Shown piece by piece: positions 9,030 to 18,863 of a DNA stretch of 64,000 nt. A program made the translations under genes and the position numbers. This DNA comes from an uncultured candidate division Zixibacteria bacterium (lineage in GTDB: Bacteria; Zixibacteria; MSB-5A5; GN15; FEB-12). Location: positions 1,600,001 to 1,664,000 of the forward strand of contig OY760907.1 of NCBI GenBank assembly GCA_963664195.1, read 5' to 3'. How positions within the stretch are numbered: the first letter of the stretch is position 1; each line of letters begins with the position of its first letter. Under the pieces are notes generated by a model. The model did no database searches, was not told the origin of the DNA, and saw only the letters and a list, made by a program, of their open reading frames with translations.

Positions 9030-10157
9030 ATGTCCATAATGATGGAAGTCATTGAATGGGTTGACCCTACCGGCAACGAAATGATCTATCGGATTCCCCA
9101 GGAAGGATCGGCCGACTTCAAACTCGGCGCCCAGCTAATCGTCCGGGACAGCCAGATGGCCATGTTCTTCAAGGACGGTCACGCCGCCGATTCCTTCACC
9201 ACCGGGCGGCATACGCTTTCGACGTTAAACGTCCCGATTTTGACTCGCCTGCTCGCCTTCCCGTTCGGGTTTAACTCCCCCTTCCGGGCCGAGGCGTATT
9301 ACGTCAACCTCAAGGTTTTCACCGACCTTAAATGGGGCACCAAACATCCCGTGACGTTCAAAGATTCCAAGCTCGGATTGATCCGGCTTCGCGGCCACGG
9401 CGCGTTTACAATGCGTATCAAGGAACCGGTGCTGTTCTTGAATTCAATCGTCGGACGTCAGGCCAAATACACCACCGCGCATATTCAGGATTACCTTCGC
9501 GATGTCATCATCGCGCGGATGAACGACCTTCTCGGCGAAGACCTCGATACGATCCTCGACCTGCCGGCGATCTACACCGAGTTGGCGGAGAAATTCAAAG
9601 TCATCGTCAAAGACGAGTTCGAGAAGTACGGCCTTGAGTTGGTCGATTTCTATATCGCCTCGATCACGCCTCCGGAGGAAGTCTCCAAGATGATCGACCA
9701 GCGTTCCGGTATGGAAGCGGTTGGCGATGTCGACAAGTTCATGAAGTTCGAAATGGCCAAGGGCCTCGGGGCTTCGGGCGGCGCGGCATCGACCGGTGCG
9801 GGTCTTGGCATGGGGGCCGGCGTCGGCATTATGATGCCGGGCATGCTCAACAAAGTCTTCTCGCCGGAACAGCGGGAATTGAAACGAGAGCCGGTGGAAA
9901 CCGTCACCTGTCCGAAATGTCATACCGACACGCCGGAGCAGTCACGCTATTGTTACCGTTGCGGCCACCAGATGATTGCGCAGAATTCCTGCCCGTCGTG
10001 CAGCCACGCGTTGCCGACCGAGGCGAGTTTCTGCATGCACTGCGGTTTCAAGCTGGACACCAAGTTGACCTGCCCGCATTGCTCGGCGGAATTGATTCCG
10101 GGTTCAAAGTTCTGTGGCGAATGCGGCAAGGCGGCAGATGCTGACAGCGACAAGTAA
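9030..10157 (+). CDS. SPFH (band 7) domain protein with C-terminal zinc ribbons (YdjI-like)
   Basis: GAQLIVRDSQ, GRHTLST.N.P, KWGT; six CxxC pairs at C-terminus; GGAG SD. Confidence 0.9.
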   Translation: MSIMMEVIEWVDPTGNEMIYRIPQEGSADFKLGAQLIVRDSQMAMFFKDGHAADSFTTGRHTLSTLNVPILTRLLAFPFGFNSPFRAEAYYVNLKVFTDLKWGTKHPVTFKDSKLGLIRLRGHGAFTMRIKEPVLFLNSIVGRQAKYTTAHIQDYLRDVIIARMNDLLGEDLDTILDLPAIYTELAEKFKVIVKDEFEKYGLELVDFYIASITPPEEVSKMIDQRSGMEAVGDVDKFMKFEMAKGLGASGGAASTGAGLGMGAGVGIMMPGMLNKVFSPEQRELKREPVETVTCPKCHTDTPEQSRYCYRCGHQMIAQNSCPSCSHALPTEASFCMHCGFKLDTKLTCPHCSAELIPGSKFCGECGKAADADSDK

Positions 10158-11628
10158 AAAGCCGCGCTCAGGCTTTTTCATCGGGGTCGGCTGTCCCGGG
10201 TGCGGGGGAGACCTGGAGCTTGACTCTGATTTCTTTGTTATTGACTGCAAGTACTGCGGGTCGGTGCTTCGGGTATTGAAACCGGACAGCCCGGTAGCGT
10301 ACATGATCCCGAACCGGCTGACCGAAACCGAGGCGCGGTTTCATCTCGACCGTTATCTGAAAGAGCGGGGTGAACCGCTCACCGGCGGCAGTGTGATGAT
10401 CAAGAAGCTGTACTATCCGTATTGGAAAGTTGACGGCACCTTGCTCAAGCTGCGCAACAAGACCGAGCGCAAGACGATCTACTCTGAGACCGATTCGACG
10501 ATTCAGCATACAACCGAAACCAATCGCAGTGACCTCTCGTTGTCGCCGTATTCGATTACGGTGGGAGCGGGGGCGCGGATGCCCTCGGTGCCGGAATCAC
10601 TGGGAGTCCGCGCCGAGACGGTGACAGTCAAGCCGTTTGCGTCGGAGAATGTCGAGGGCGATTTCGATGCCCTCCCGATTCTCCGCCCGTGGGAGCGGGT
10701 CCGGAAACGGCTGGACTTGTCGCTGGCGACAATCGGTGACATCGACCAGGCAGATTTCGGCAAGAACCTGACACGGCTGTTCGATCCGGTCTTCTCGCTC
10801 GTCTATTTCCCGTACTTCCTGGTAGAGTCCTACGATCCGTCCTACCGGCGGTTTGCGCTCGAGGGACTTACCGGTCGCGTGGCCGGGACGGTGGGAGCGC
10901 AACCCATGCAGCAACCGGCGGATTGGGATGAGATGGACGGCAAGGTGATGAAAGATGCCTCGTATCGACTGGACAAAGCCGAGGTTGATGCCGACGAGGA
11001 GATTTTCGAAGAACCGCCGGAAATATCGTTTGGAGAGCTTGAGGTTGATTTCCATCGCTGCACCAACTGTGGTGTGGATTTGCCGCCGTCGCTTTCGTGG
11101 GTGTATATCTGTCACAACTGCCATCAGTTGAAAATGCTCGAAAAAGGCGACTATCAGCTTTCGTCAATCGATATCGCCGAGCATGAGGAATCCCCGAACA
11201 CGACGCTTGTCCCGTTCTGGTGGCTTCGTCTACCGGAAGAACAGGCAGTTAAGTTCCGCACGTTGATGGGCGGACTTGGAACGCCCGACAAGATAGTGAT
11301 CCCGGCGTTACGCTCTCAAAACTACGAAGCGCTGCACCGTCTGGCAAAACGGATGACCGCCGCAAGTCTCAAGATGCCGGTGACTACCGTCGACGAACTC
11401 GACGACAGATTCCTTAATGTACGCGTCAGCTTGACCGAGGCAATCGCGCAGGCGGAAGTTATCATCACGCGGGAGATGATCAATCTTGGTCGACGCGGCG
11501 ATGAGGCGGTGATGGAACTGACGCCGCTCGAGGTCGGATTGCTGTACGTTCCGTTCAGGGCTGAGAATTACTTCTTTGTCGATACTGTACTCGGTGCGGT
11601 GAGCATGGAGAAGACGCTGCTGGAGTAG
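10138..11628 (+). CDS. Zinc-ribbon protein, YdjG-like, internally duplicated
   Basis: CPGCGG..CKYCG and CTNCG..CHNCH; LYYPYW/LVYFPYF and LVPFW/LLYVPF motifs; overlaps the SPFH gene end. Confidence 0.7.
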   Translation: MLTATSKKPRSGFFIGVGCPGCGGDLELDSDFFVIDCKYCGSVLRVLKPDSPVAYMIPNRLTETEARFHLDRYLKERGEPLTGGSVMIKKLYYPYWKVDGTLLKLRNKTERKTIYSETDSTIQHTTETNRSDLSLSPYSITVGAGARMPSVPESLGVRAETVTVKPFASENVEGDFDALPILRPWERVRKRLDLSLATIGDIDQADFGKNLTRLFDPVFSLVYFPYFLVESYDPSYRRFALEGLTGRVAGTVGAQPMQQPADWDEMDGKVMKDASYRLDKAEVDADEEIFEEPPEISFGELEVDFHRCTNCGVDLPPSLSWVYICHNCHQLKMLEKGDYQLSSIDIAEHEESPNTTLVPFWWLRLPEEQAVKFRTLMGGLGTPDKIVIPALRSQNYEALHRLAKRMTAASLKMPVTTVDELDDRFLNVRVSLTEAIAQAEVIITREMINLGRRGDEAVMELTPLEVGLLYVPFRAENYFFVDTVLGAVSMEKTLLE

Positions 11629-11661
11629 GGCGGCATCATGTCCCGACGTTCAAGTCAGTCA

Positions 11662-12315
11662 TCAGGGTTGTCGGGAGCGGAAGTAGGCTTGCATTGCCGG
11701 CTTGAATCGACTGTCAAAGTCTTGTCTGACTATTTCCTCAGCAATAAACGGGTATTTGTCTCGGACTTGTTCGATAGTGCATCTGTCGCAAGCGTATTGG
11801 GCTATGATGGCGATGCGTTGGTTTATGTAATCGTCGTCGTCGTTTAATTGGAGCCGGGCGATTGTCGCATTGATTGGGTTCACAGCCCATACAGGCACAG
11901 TATCGCCAGCCCGAACATAAAACGTATAGAAGTCGATCGTGAACCACCCGTTCTGGATGCCAAAGGGATCAACTACATCGAGGGAATCTGATTTTCGTTG
12001 ATTAAGTCTCGCACGGCAGAGTCTGAAGTTGCTCCATTCGTATGCAGCCTGAGGAGACTTGGATTTAGGAATAAAGTGGTCCACCGAAGAGCGGTCCAAT
12101 CCTCTGTCGACAGGGCCCCGCGGTGTCCAAGAGGCACTATAAGCACAGATGCCGCCATAGCGAGAATGCAGATCATCGAGTATCTCTCGCCAATACGAGT
12201 GTCTCGAGAACTGGTGTGATGTGGGTGTCGGGTGAACGCGGAGATACGCTCTGCCTCTGGCTCTGACTTTGGTTTCGTAGTGAGGAGGAGGTGCAGAAGG
12301 AGTAACTCGAATCAC
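11662..12315 (-). CDS. HNH endonuclease (PtuB/retron-effector-like)
   Basis: CAY..VDHFIPKS..YEWSNF..LN.RK; start overlaps ATPase stop by 4 nt. Confidence 0.85.
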   Translation of the reverse strand: MIRVTPSAPPPHYETKVRARGRAYLRVHPTPTSHQFSRHSYWREILDDLHSRYGGICAYSASWTPRGPVDRGLDRSSVDHFIPKSKSPQAAYEWSNFRLCRARLNQRKSDSLDVVDPFGIQNGWFTIDFYTFYVRAGDTVPVWAVNPINATIARLQLNDDDDYINQRIAIIAQYACDRCTIEQVRDKYPFIAEEIVRQDFDSRFKPAMQAYFRSRQP

Positions 12316-14177
12316 AGGTCAACTCCGTGCTTCTGCGCAAAGAACACCCACCGTGCCCAGAATTGGTCTTCAGGAGGCAATGCTACAGTAAGTTCCTCTG
12401 TGATTTCTCGTATGTCGTCAGTGCTGGGGCTTTCCATTTTCTGCAATGCAATCGCCCGATCAATGAGTCTCTCTGCCTCAGATGACCTTGCGTGGCCGAG
12501 GTCAAAGATGTCGGAAGTTAGCCAAGAGTCTACTCGACCAAAAGGAAGGAATGGGACTTCCGAAAAGGTCACTTTGCCATTCGACGATTTGCTCAGGTGG
12601 AATAGCTTGTCCACAGAAGTGTCGAAGATAGTCTCCGCTGATGCGAGCACCAAAGGCGAGTGCGTTGCGATCAGGAGTTGCAGGTCTAGCGTTGTGCTGA
12701 GCAAGCGAGCGACATCCAGAAGTGCAGGCAGGATAATCCTCTGCCAACGCGGATGAAGGTGAACTTCCATCTCATCCACCAGAATGACCATGCGGTTCTC
12801 GCTTTTGAGACCGAAGTTCTCTGCGGCTATTCGATGCTCATTCCAAGCCCACACCGTCAGATATGCCAGAGTTATGATATGCCGTACGCCTGCGGATTCG
12901 TGTATGATTGGAACTTCGCCGTACCCATGCTTTATCGTAGGAATCTCTCGCGTGTCGAATGGCAGTCGGACAGATTCGCCGGGCACAAGCGGTCCCATTT
13001 CAGGCGGGGACATCCTGGCCAAGACCTTCAGAAAGGTATCGTAAGGAAACCGATCTGGGTTGTCCTGCCACTTCGTCCAGTCACGGATGAGTCCCTCGAT
13101 GCGCCGGTTTTCACCATCCCATACCTGTTCTCTGTCGAAGACCAGAATACCTTCTTCTTCTGGTTTCGTCTGGCGTCCGACTGGATCCCAAACGGCGTAT
13201 GACCCGTCAACCCGTGCGTATACCACTAGTCCCGATAAGGTTGCCCGATTTCGAGGGGGAGGCCACTCGCCTCTCTTGGCGGAGTACGAAACAGACTGTG
13301 GCTTGCCAATGGTTGCCCCAGAAACTTGGTACTTGATCTGACCTCGTGGGGCTGATTGCTGCTTTCTGTTCGGATAGGCTGGGTTACCGGCCCACTTCCC
13401 GGTGAGTGCCCACCAAGCGATTTCAAGCAGAAACGTCTTCCCCAGACCATTGTCACCCGTGATCAGATTAAGCCTTTGGGCCGGTTCCAGCCTAAGATTG
13501 TCAATGGGACCGACGTTGTCCATCTCTAAGTAAGTGAGAATCCCTCCTCGGTCAGGTCCGACATCAGGCGGCGGCGAGAACTCGGCAACGATTTCCTTCC
13601 ACCCTACAGGGGCATTTTGAAAGGACTCTTCTTCGGTTAGATTCGAGTCGTACGCGTTCGCGAAAAGACTCTTCTTCTCGTCTTCAGAGATGTTGAACAG
13701 ATTCCAGAATCGATCGATGATCGTCTTGCGCGAATCGTCCTCTTCCCAGTTTTCGCCTCTGAAAAGCCAGACGGCTAGATGGTAGGCAGGTATCCTTGCC
13801 CCCATGAGAGTCCCCTTCAGGAACTGGACATATCCTTCCTGCCATCCCCACGTCTTTGACTTGCGGGGGTGAATGAAAGCGTCCCTGAAACTGGTTGTGT
13901 TCAGTTTCTGCAGACCCTTGCTGGCGTAGTCCTTTCGCAGCCAGAGCTGCCTCGCATTATTGTACCTGAAAACCCGAAAGAAGGACTCTGATCTTGGATC
14001 CAAGGAGTAGTAGTCTCGGAGAAACGACTGATTGATAGCATCCAAGCTCACTTCTTCCGTTGAGCCCACAGGCAAGCGGTGTCGCTTAGCGGCCAGGAAT
14101 GTCAGGCCGAAGAACTGATTGTATCCTGCCAACTGATTCAGCGACTCAAGTATCTGACGTTTGCTTAGGTACTTCAT
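12312..14177 (-). CDS. ABC/SMC-like ATPase (AAA_21/PtuA-like) with ~210-aa extra N-terminal domain
   Basis: Walker A GDNGLGKT, signature ESAG, Walker B ILVDEMEVHLHP, H-loop ATHSP. Confidence 0.88.
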   Translation of the reverse strand: MKYLSKRQILESLNQLAGYNQFFGLTFLAAKRHRLPVGSTEEVSLDAINQSFLRDYYSLDPRSESFFRVFRYNNARQLWLRKDYASKGLQKLNTTSFRDAFIHPRKSKTWGWQEGYVQFLKGTLMGARIPAYHLAVWLFRGENWEEDDSRKTIIDRFWNLFNISEDEKKSLFANAYDSNLTEEESFQNAPVGWKEIVAEFSPPPDVGPDRGGILTYLEMDNVGPIDNLRLEPAQRLNLITGDNGLGKTFLLEIAWWALTGKWAGNPAYPNRKQQSAPRGQIKYQVSGATIGKPQSVSYSAKRGEWPPPRNRATLSGLVVYARVDGSYAVWDPVGRQTKPEEEGILVFDREQVWDGENRRIEGLIRDWTKWQDNPDRFPYDTFLKVLARMSPPEMGPLVPGESVRLPFDTREIPTIKHGYGEVPIIHESAGVRHIITLAYLTVWAWNEHRIAAENFGLKSENRMVILVDEMEVHLHPRWQRIILPALLDVARLLSTTLDLQLLIATHSPLVLASAETIFDTSVDKLFHLSKSSNGKVTFSEVPFLPFGRVDSWLTSDIFDLGHARSSEAERLIDRAIALQKMESPSTDDIREITEELTVALPPEDQFWARWVFFAQKHGVDL

Positions 14178-14189
14178 TCATAACACCCT

Positions 14190-15053
14190 TCAGATCGTTG
14201 CCCGTATGTAATCACAGAAATCCGGATTCAACTCAACACCAATGGCGGGACAACCGCGATCTAACGCGACATGGAGTGTTGTGCCTGAACCGGCAAACGG
14301 ATCTAGTACAACCCCGCCTTCTGGACATCCTATACTGAGACACCTCTCTACCAGTTCTTCTGGGAACGGTGCAGTGTCCGTCTTACCGTTGTTCTTCGAC
14401 CTGGGAGGAATCGTCCAGACGTCTTCATCAATGTTCTGAACTAGCAGACCTTTTCTGTCGAAATAGTATCGTCGGTCCTTGGCAAACATGAAAACGAATT
14501 CATAGCTTCTGCGGGGTCTATCCATGACCGATTCAGGCAGACACTTGTCGCGGTGCCAGATAATCGGGCTTCGTAGGACCCAGTCCTTTTCACACATCCG
14601 GAGCGCCACACGCCATGGAATGCCAATGATCGACTTGCGCTGGAACCCTACGTCCAAGCCTCCACTTTTGTCCACAGCTCGTAGTCCGAACCTCCTCTTT
14701 TTGCTTTTCTTGTCCCGTCCGTGTGATCGGCCCTTTCCAGAGTAGTATGTATCGCCTATGTTCAAGAAGAGCGTCCCTCCTGTCTTCAGAACGCGTTGAA
14801 CTTCGGTCATCACTTCGCAGATACTTGTGACGTACGCTTCCACGGTCTCTTCCAGTCCGATCTGTCCTTCAACTCCATAGTCACGCAACCAGAAGTAGGG
14901 GGGAGATGTGACTACGCAGTCAACTGTCTCGCTCTGTAGTCGTTTCAGAGAGGTCGCGGCGTCACCCTGAAACAGCCTCCACCGCGTGCCATGTGAGTCT
15001 GTACCCTTGTGCTCTCTTGGTGCTGATTTGTCTGTATTCAATACGCTATCCAT
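14190..15053 (-). CDS. Site-specific DNA methyltransferase, N4/N6 beta class (SmaI/Cfr9I-like m4C type)
   Basis: VTSPPYF.LRDYG, QIGLE, LNIGD; C-terminal VLDPFAGSGTT. Confidence 0.93.
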   Translation of the reverse strand: MDSVLNTDKSAPREHKGTDSHGTRWRLFQGDAATSLKRLQSETVDCVVTSPPYFWLRDYGVEGQIGLEETVEAYVTSICEVMTEVQRVLKTGGTLFLNIGDTYYSGKGRSHGRDKKSKKRRFGLRAVDKSGGLDVGFQRKSIIGIPWRVALRMCEKDWVLRSPIIWHRDKCLPESVMDRPRRSYEFVFMFAKDRRYYFDRKGLLVQNIDEDVWTIPPRSKNNGKTDTAPFPEELVERCLSIGCPEGGVVLDPFAGSGTTLHVALDRGCPAIGVELNPDFCDYIRATI

Positions 15054-15419
15054 CGCTCACTTATATCTAAAGTTGGCTGCTTGACTACGAACGTAGGGTT
15101 TATCCCTTGTCTCCCTGATTGTGTGCCGTGCACCCAGCGTTCATTCCGCGTATTCATGGTCGATGCTGTGCGGTCACAGTGGATCCTCCAATCTAGTCGA
15201 CAACAAGATAGCGTATCTGCGAGCGTTGTCGATTACAAACTTCAGCATCTGCCGATTTTCTGAGGGAGATACTTTGTGGGTTAGGGTTGTATCCGCAGTG
15301 CGTTCAATGACTTGCATTTAAGTGCGTTGGACTGGACCCTAGGCTAGGGCATGGTGCCATCAACCTACACGAATACACGGCGCCGCGATACCCCGGAAGA
15401 CGGGATATACGACGATATT

Positions 15420-15446
15420 GAAAGGGGCGAAGATATCGCCCCTTTC
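15420..15446 (-). terminator. Hairpin terminator after PilZ gene
   Basis: gaaaggggcga-agata-tcgcccctttc immediately after the stop codon. Confidence 0.7.
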
Positions 15447-15830
15447 CTAGTACTCTTCCGGCTGCGCGCCGCTGATCGACAACCAGCGATCATCAAACGA
15501 CGTGTCCTGGATAAACCGCTCGATCAGATCGGTGTGCTCCGGCGTTACGTTGACCAACTCAATGCCGGTGTCGAAGCTCTTCGGGCGGTCTCCCTCGCGA
15601 CTCCAGACGACATGACCGTCGAACGATACTTCCTTGGTGTCGGCGACTGTGCGAGGCAGAGTCATTTTGAACTGATGTACCGTGCTCGGCTCGAGCCACT
15701 CCGGACCGCGGAGCTTCATACTCATTGTGGTCATGTCCATCACGCGGCCAACCGATGACTCGGTTTCGCGTTCGAAAACTTTGACGAAAGACATAACCCG
15801 CATGCGCTTGAGTTTCCTTTCCTCAGTCAT
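15447..15830 (-). CDS. PilZ domain protein
   Basis: ERKLKR (RxxxR), GRVMDMT (D/NxSxxG-like), VVWSR, TGIEL. Confidence 0.8.
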   Translation of the reverse strand: MTEERKLKRMRVMSFVKVFERETESSVGRVMDMTTMSMKLRGPEWLEPSTVHQFKMTLPRTVADTKEVSFDGHVVWSREGDRPKSFDTGIELVNVTPEHTDLIERFIQDTSFDDRWLSISGAQPEEY

Positions 15831-16341
15831 ACCTGAGCTCCCTTCTATGGTAGAGACAGGACGACCGGTCGGTCAGGCCAAGTCATAGCCAGACAGAAAA
15901 CTCACCCTGTCTTATGCTTTGCCGGTCAACAGAACTACGTGGCGTGTTCTTGTGCACGCCCAGTCGGCGTTTGCGATACGGACTCGCCTCGTGAAGCGCA
16001 ATCGGGGGGTGTCACGGACAGTTACCGGAGCAGATAGACCACGTTGTCAAAGGTGCTACGGGCGCAATGTGGGCGGCATTTGACCTGTTACCCGTGATTA
16101 CGCGATCACCGGGGCCACCATGGAGTACCTAACCCATGGTAAGTCAACGCCTTACGGGGGCGCACGCGCCGTAATCGTAAATGACTACATTCTACGTATC
16201 GGCTGTGCCTGAGGGGTCGAAAACTACCGGAATGAAGTGTTTGACAGGATTTGGTCTGATTTCAAGGTTTTGACGAGAAACGTCAGGTTTGGTCCGGCCC
16301 AAACAAGTTTGAACCGGCCACCCAACACCGTATTGCGTCTC

Positions 16342-17241
16342 TTAGCCGAACGTTACGAGGAATAACCCGCCTACTCCAAGCAGGATACCGGCCACTCTAA
16401 GCGGCGTGATTTTCTCGCGCAGGAAGATCGCCGCAAAAATGAAGATAAATATGTTGCTCGTCTGGTTGAGAGCAGCCGCGGTCGAGGCCTGTGTGTATTT
16501 CATGCCGGCGATCCAGAGGACCATCGCCAGGTACCCCCCGACGAATGATCCGAAAAACGTGTGTACGAACCGTTTCGGATGAGCAATGGATTTGATGATA
16601 GCCCGCCTCCGGGGATAAAACGGCAGGGCCAGAAGAAGGCTCAGCCCGCCGCCAATTATCCGCCACTCGGAGGCCCAGATCAAGGGAGAGCGATCCAACA
16701 GCGGCTTGACCATCACAATGCCCACCGCCATGGTGGCCATCGCCAACGTTCCCCAGAGGATGCCGAAAAGTATCTGGCGACGGTCGACGGCATGTTTGCC
16801 GTTGGTCTCGGAGACGGCGGTCAAGACAGCTGAGACGATCATCGCCGCCCCAACCGCCTGGATAAACGAAAGCGACTCTCCGATCCAGAGGATCGAGAGC
16901 CCGATGATAAACGGACTGTACAGGCAGTCGACAATAGCCGAAAGTCCGGCACCGAGGGCGTTGAGGCTCTTGAAAAACAACGTGTCGGCAATGCCAATAC
17001 CCAGGACGCCGCTCAACAGAAGCAGGAGATAATCTTCGATAGGAGCCGGCCGGAGCAGACTCTCGCCGAAGAGCCAGGCAGTCGGAACAAGCAGCACAGC
17101 AGCCAACATCACCTTGAACAAGTTCAGCCCCACCGGGTGGACTTCCTCACCGCTCTTTTTGAACATGATGACGGCCAGTGCCCAGATGATAGCGGTGAGA
17201 AGCGCGGTTGCCTCGCCGAGATGTGCGCTAATTGTCTCCAT
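16342..17241 (-). CDS. DMT/EamA family transporter
   Basis: About 10 TM helices in two EamA repeats; FL.EKIT motif. Confidence 0.9.
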   Translation of the reverse strand: METISAHLGEATALLTAIIWALAVIMFKKSGEEVHPVGLNLFKVMLAAVLLVPTAWLFGESLLRPAPIEDYLLLLLSGVLGIGIADTLFFKSLNALGAGLSAIVDCLYSPFIIGLSILWIGESLSFIQAVGAAMIVSAVLTAVSETNGKHAVDRRQILFGILWGTLAMATMAVGIVMVKPLLDRSPLIWASEWRIIGGGLSLLLALPFYPRRRAIIKSIAHPKRFVHTFFGSFVGGYLAMVLWIAGMKYTQASTAAALNQTSNIFIFIFAAIFLREKITPLRVAGILLGVGGLFLVTFG

Positions 17242-17517
17242 GTCTCCTTATCTGTTCCCAACCCTCGAAATAGTGAAAGCGGAATGTAACCTAAATCCCC
17301 AATCTGTCAAGGGCATTGCGGCTGGCAGGCCTTGCAGCCGGATGGCCACATTCCGTGGGCGGCAAGTGATAATCTGCCCCAGGCCAGATGCTGTATATCT
17401 ACTTTCGGTTATTCACCAGGCACACTATTGTGTGCCGCGCACGGGTGTGCAGTGTGCCTTCCCGTCTTACGGACTCTTCGGCGTGCCGAATACTTGGACT
17501 TGAGAAGGAGGAGCTTG

Positions 17518-18759
17518 CTACTTAGACAAGGCCGCGGCCTGGCCTGCGAGCCAGCCGGTCGAGAAAGCAGCCTGAAGATTGTATCCTCCCGTGTCGGCGT
17601 CGATGTCGAGAACCTCACCTGCGAAATACAATCCCCCGATTAGCTTCGACTCAAGCGTTTTCGGGTTGACCTCTTTGGTGCTGACGCCTCCGGCGGTTAT
17701 GATAGCCTCGTCCCAGTTGCGGTGGCTCGTGATATCGAATCGGAAATCCTTCAGCCACAGACGAAGCTTCTTGCGGTCGTCGGACGTTATCTGGTTACCC
17801 GGACGGTCTGCAGGGATGCCGGTCAGATCCATGCAGACCGGGATGAGCTTGCGCGGAAGCAAATCGATCAGCAGATTCTCGAACTGACGTTTTGGATGGG
17901 CCGCGAAATCGCGAAGAAGACGCGCGTCGAGCTTCTTGTCATCGAGCGCCGGTTTGAGATCCAGCGAGACTGACACCTTGCGGTCTTCTTCAAGCGCTTC
18001 GACAATGCCACGGCTCAGCGTAAGAATAATCGGACCGGACAAACCAAAGTGCGTGAACAGCATTTCACCGGCGGCACGGCCGGTCTTTTTGCTGTCGATC
18101 CAAACCGACACGGATACGTTGCGAAGGCTCAGCCCTTGCAGTCTTTGAGCGACATCGCCGGCAGTCTCAAGCGGCACCAGTGCCGGACGGATCGGCGCAA
18201 TCGTGTGCCCGACCGATTCAGCGAGACGGTACCCGTCGCCGGTGGACCCCGTCCCCGGATACGAAACGCCGCCGGTAGCGATGATCACGGCGTTGGCATC
18301 GATTTCATGGTTCCCGGTCTTCACGCCGATTACACGATTGTCCGCAACGCGAAGACCGCTAACCGACACACCCGTTTTCGTCTGTACGCCCAGACGTCTG
18401 TTCCATTGGATGAGTGCCTCAACTACTTCGGTTGCTTTTTCGCTTGCCGGGAAGACCCTTCCGCCTCGTTCGGTGACGGTTTCCACCCCGAGTTCACCCA
18501 GCAGTTCCAGCAGATCAGCAGAGAAGAAGCGTGAGAACGCCTGCCGAAGGAACCGACCGCCCTTGCCGAAGTGATCTACGAAGTCCCTCAGTTCGGCGAT
18601 ATTGGTCAGATTGCATCGACCCTTGCCAGTGATTCGCAATTTACGACCGGGCTGGTTCATCTTCTCAAGGAGAATGACCCGTGCCCCGTCGGTGGCCGCT
18701 TTTCCGGCCGCCAGCAATCCTGCGGCACCGGCTCCGATGACGATTATCGTTGACTTCAT
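17518..18759 (-). CDS. HI0933/YhiN family flavoprotein
   Basis: GAGAAG, GRKLRITGKGRCNLTN, GRVFP, FTHFGLSGP, TGGYNLQAA. Confidence 0.95.
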   Translation of the reverse strand: MKSTIIVIGAGAAGLLAAGKAATDGARVILLEKMNQPGRKLRITGKGRCNLTNIAELRDFVDHFGKGGRFLRQAFSRFFSADLLELLGELGVETVTERGGRVFPASEKATEVVEALIQWNRRLGVQTKTGVSVSGLRVADNRVIGVKTGNHEIDANAVIIATGGVSYPGTGSTGDGYRLAESVGHTIAPIRPALVPLETAGDVAQRLQGLSLRNVSVSVWIDSKKTGRAAGEMLFTHFGLSGPIILTLSRGIVEALEEDRKVSVSLDLKPALDDKKLDARLLRDFAAHPKRQFENLLIDLLPRKLIPVCMDLTGIPADRPGNQITSDDRKKLRLWLKDFRFDITSHRNWDEAIITAGGVSTKEVNPKTLESKLIGGLYFAGEVLDIDADTGGYNLQAAFSTGWLAGQAAALSK

Positions 18760-18863
18760 ATTGATGCAGAAGCTAACCGACACCGCCTGCAAGGGCAAGC
18801 GGTTACTTTGGTTGCGCTATCGGTTGAATTCTGCTCGAGAACGCCTATATTCGTAAAAGGAAT

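Noticed and set aside
15174..15317. 47-aa minus-strand ORF as controller (C) protein of the MTase operon
   Set aside because: No HTH signature and no clear SD
11662..15350. Retron system
   Set aside because: ATPase+HNH resemble retron effectors, but there is no reverse transcriptase and no msr/msd-like inverted repeat that I can identify
15830..16100. c-di-GMP riboswitch upstream of the PilZ gene
   Set aside because: GCAAA words are present, but the GEMM two-hairpin GNRA/receptor architecture is not
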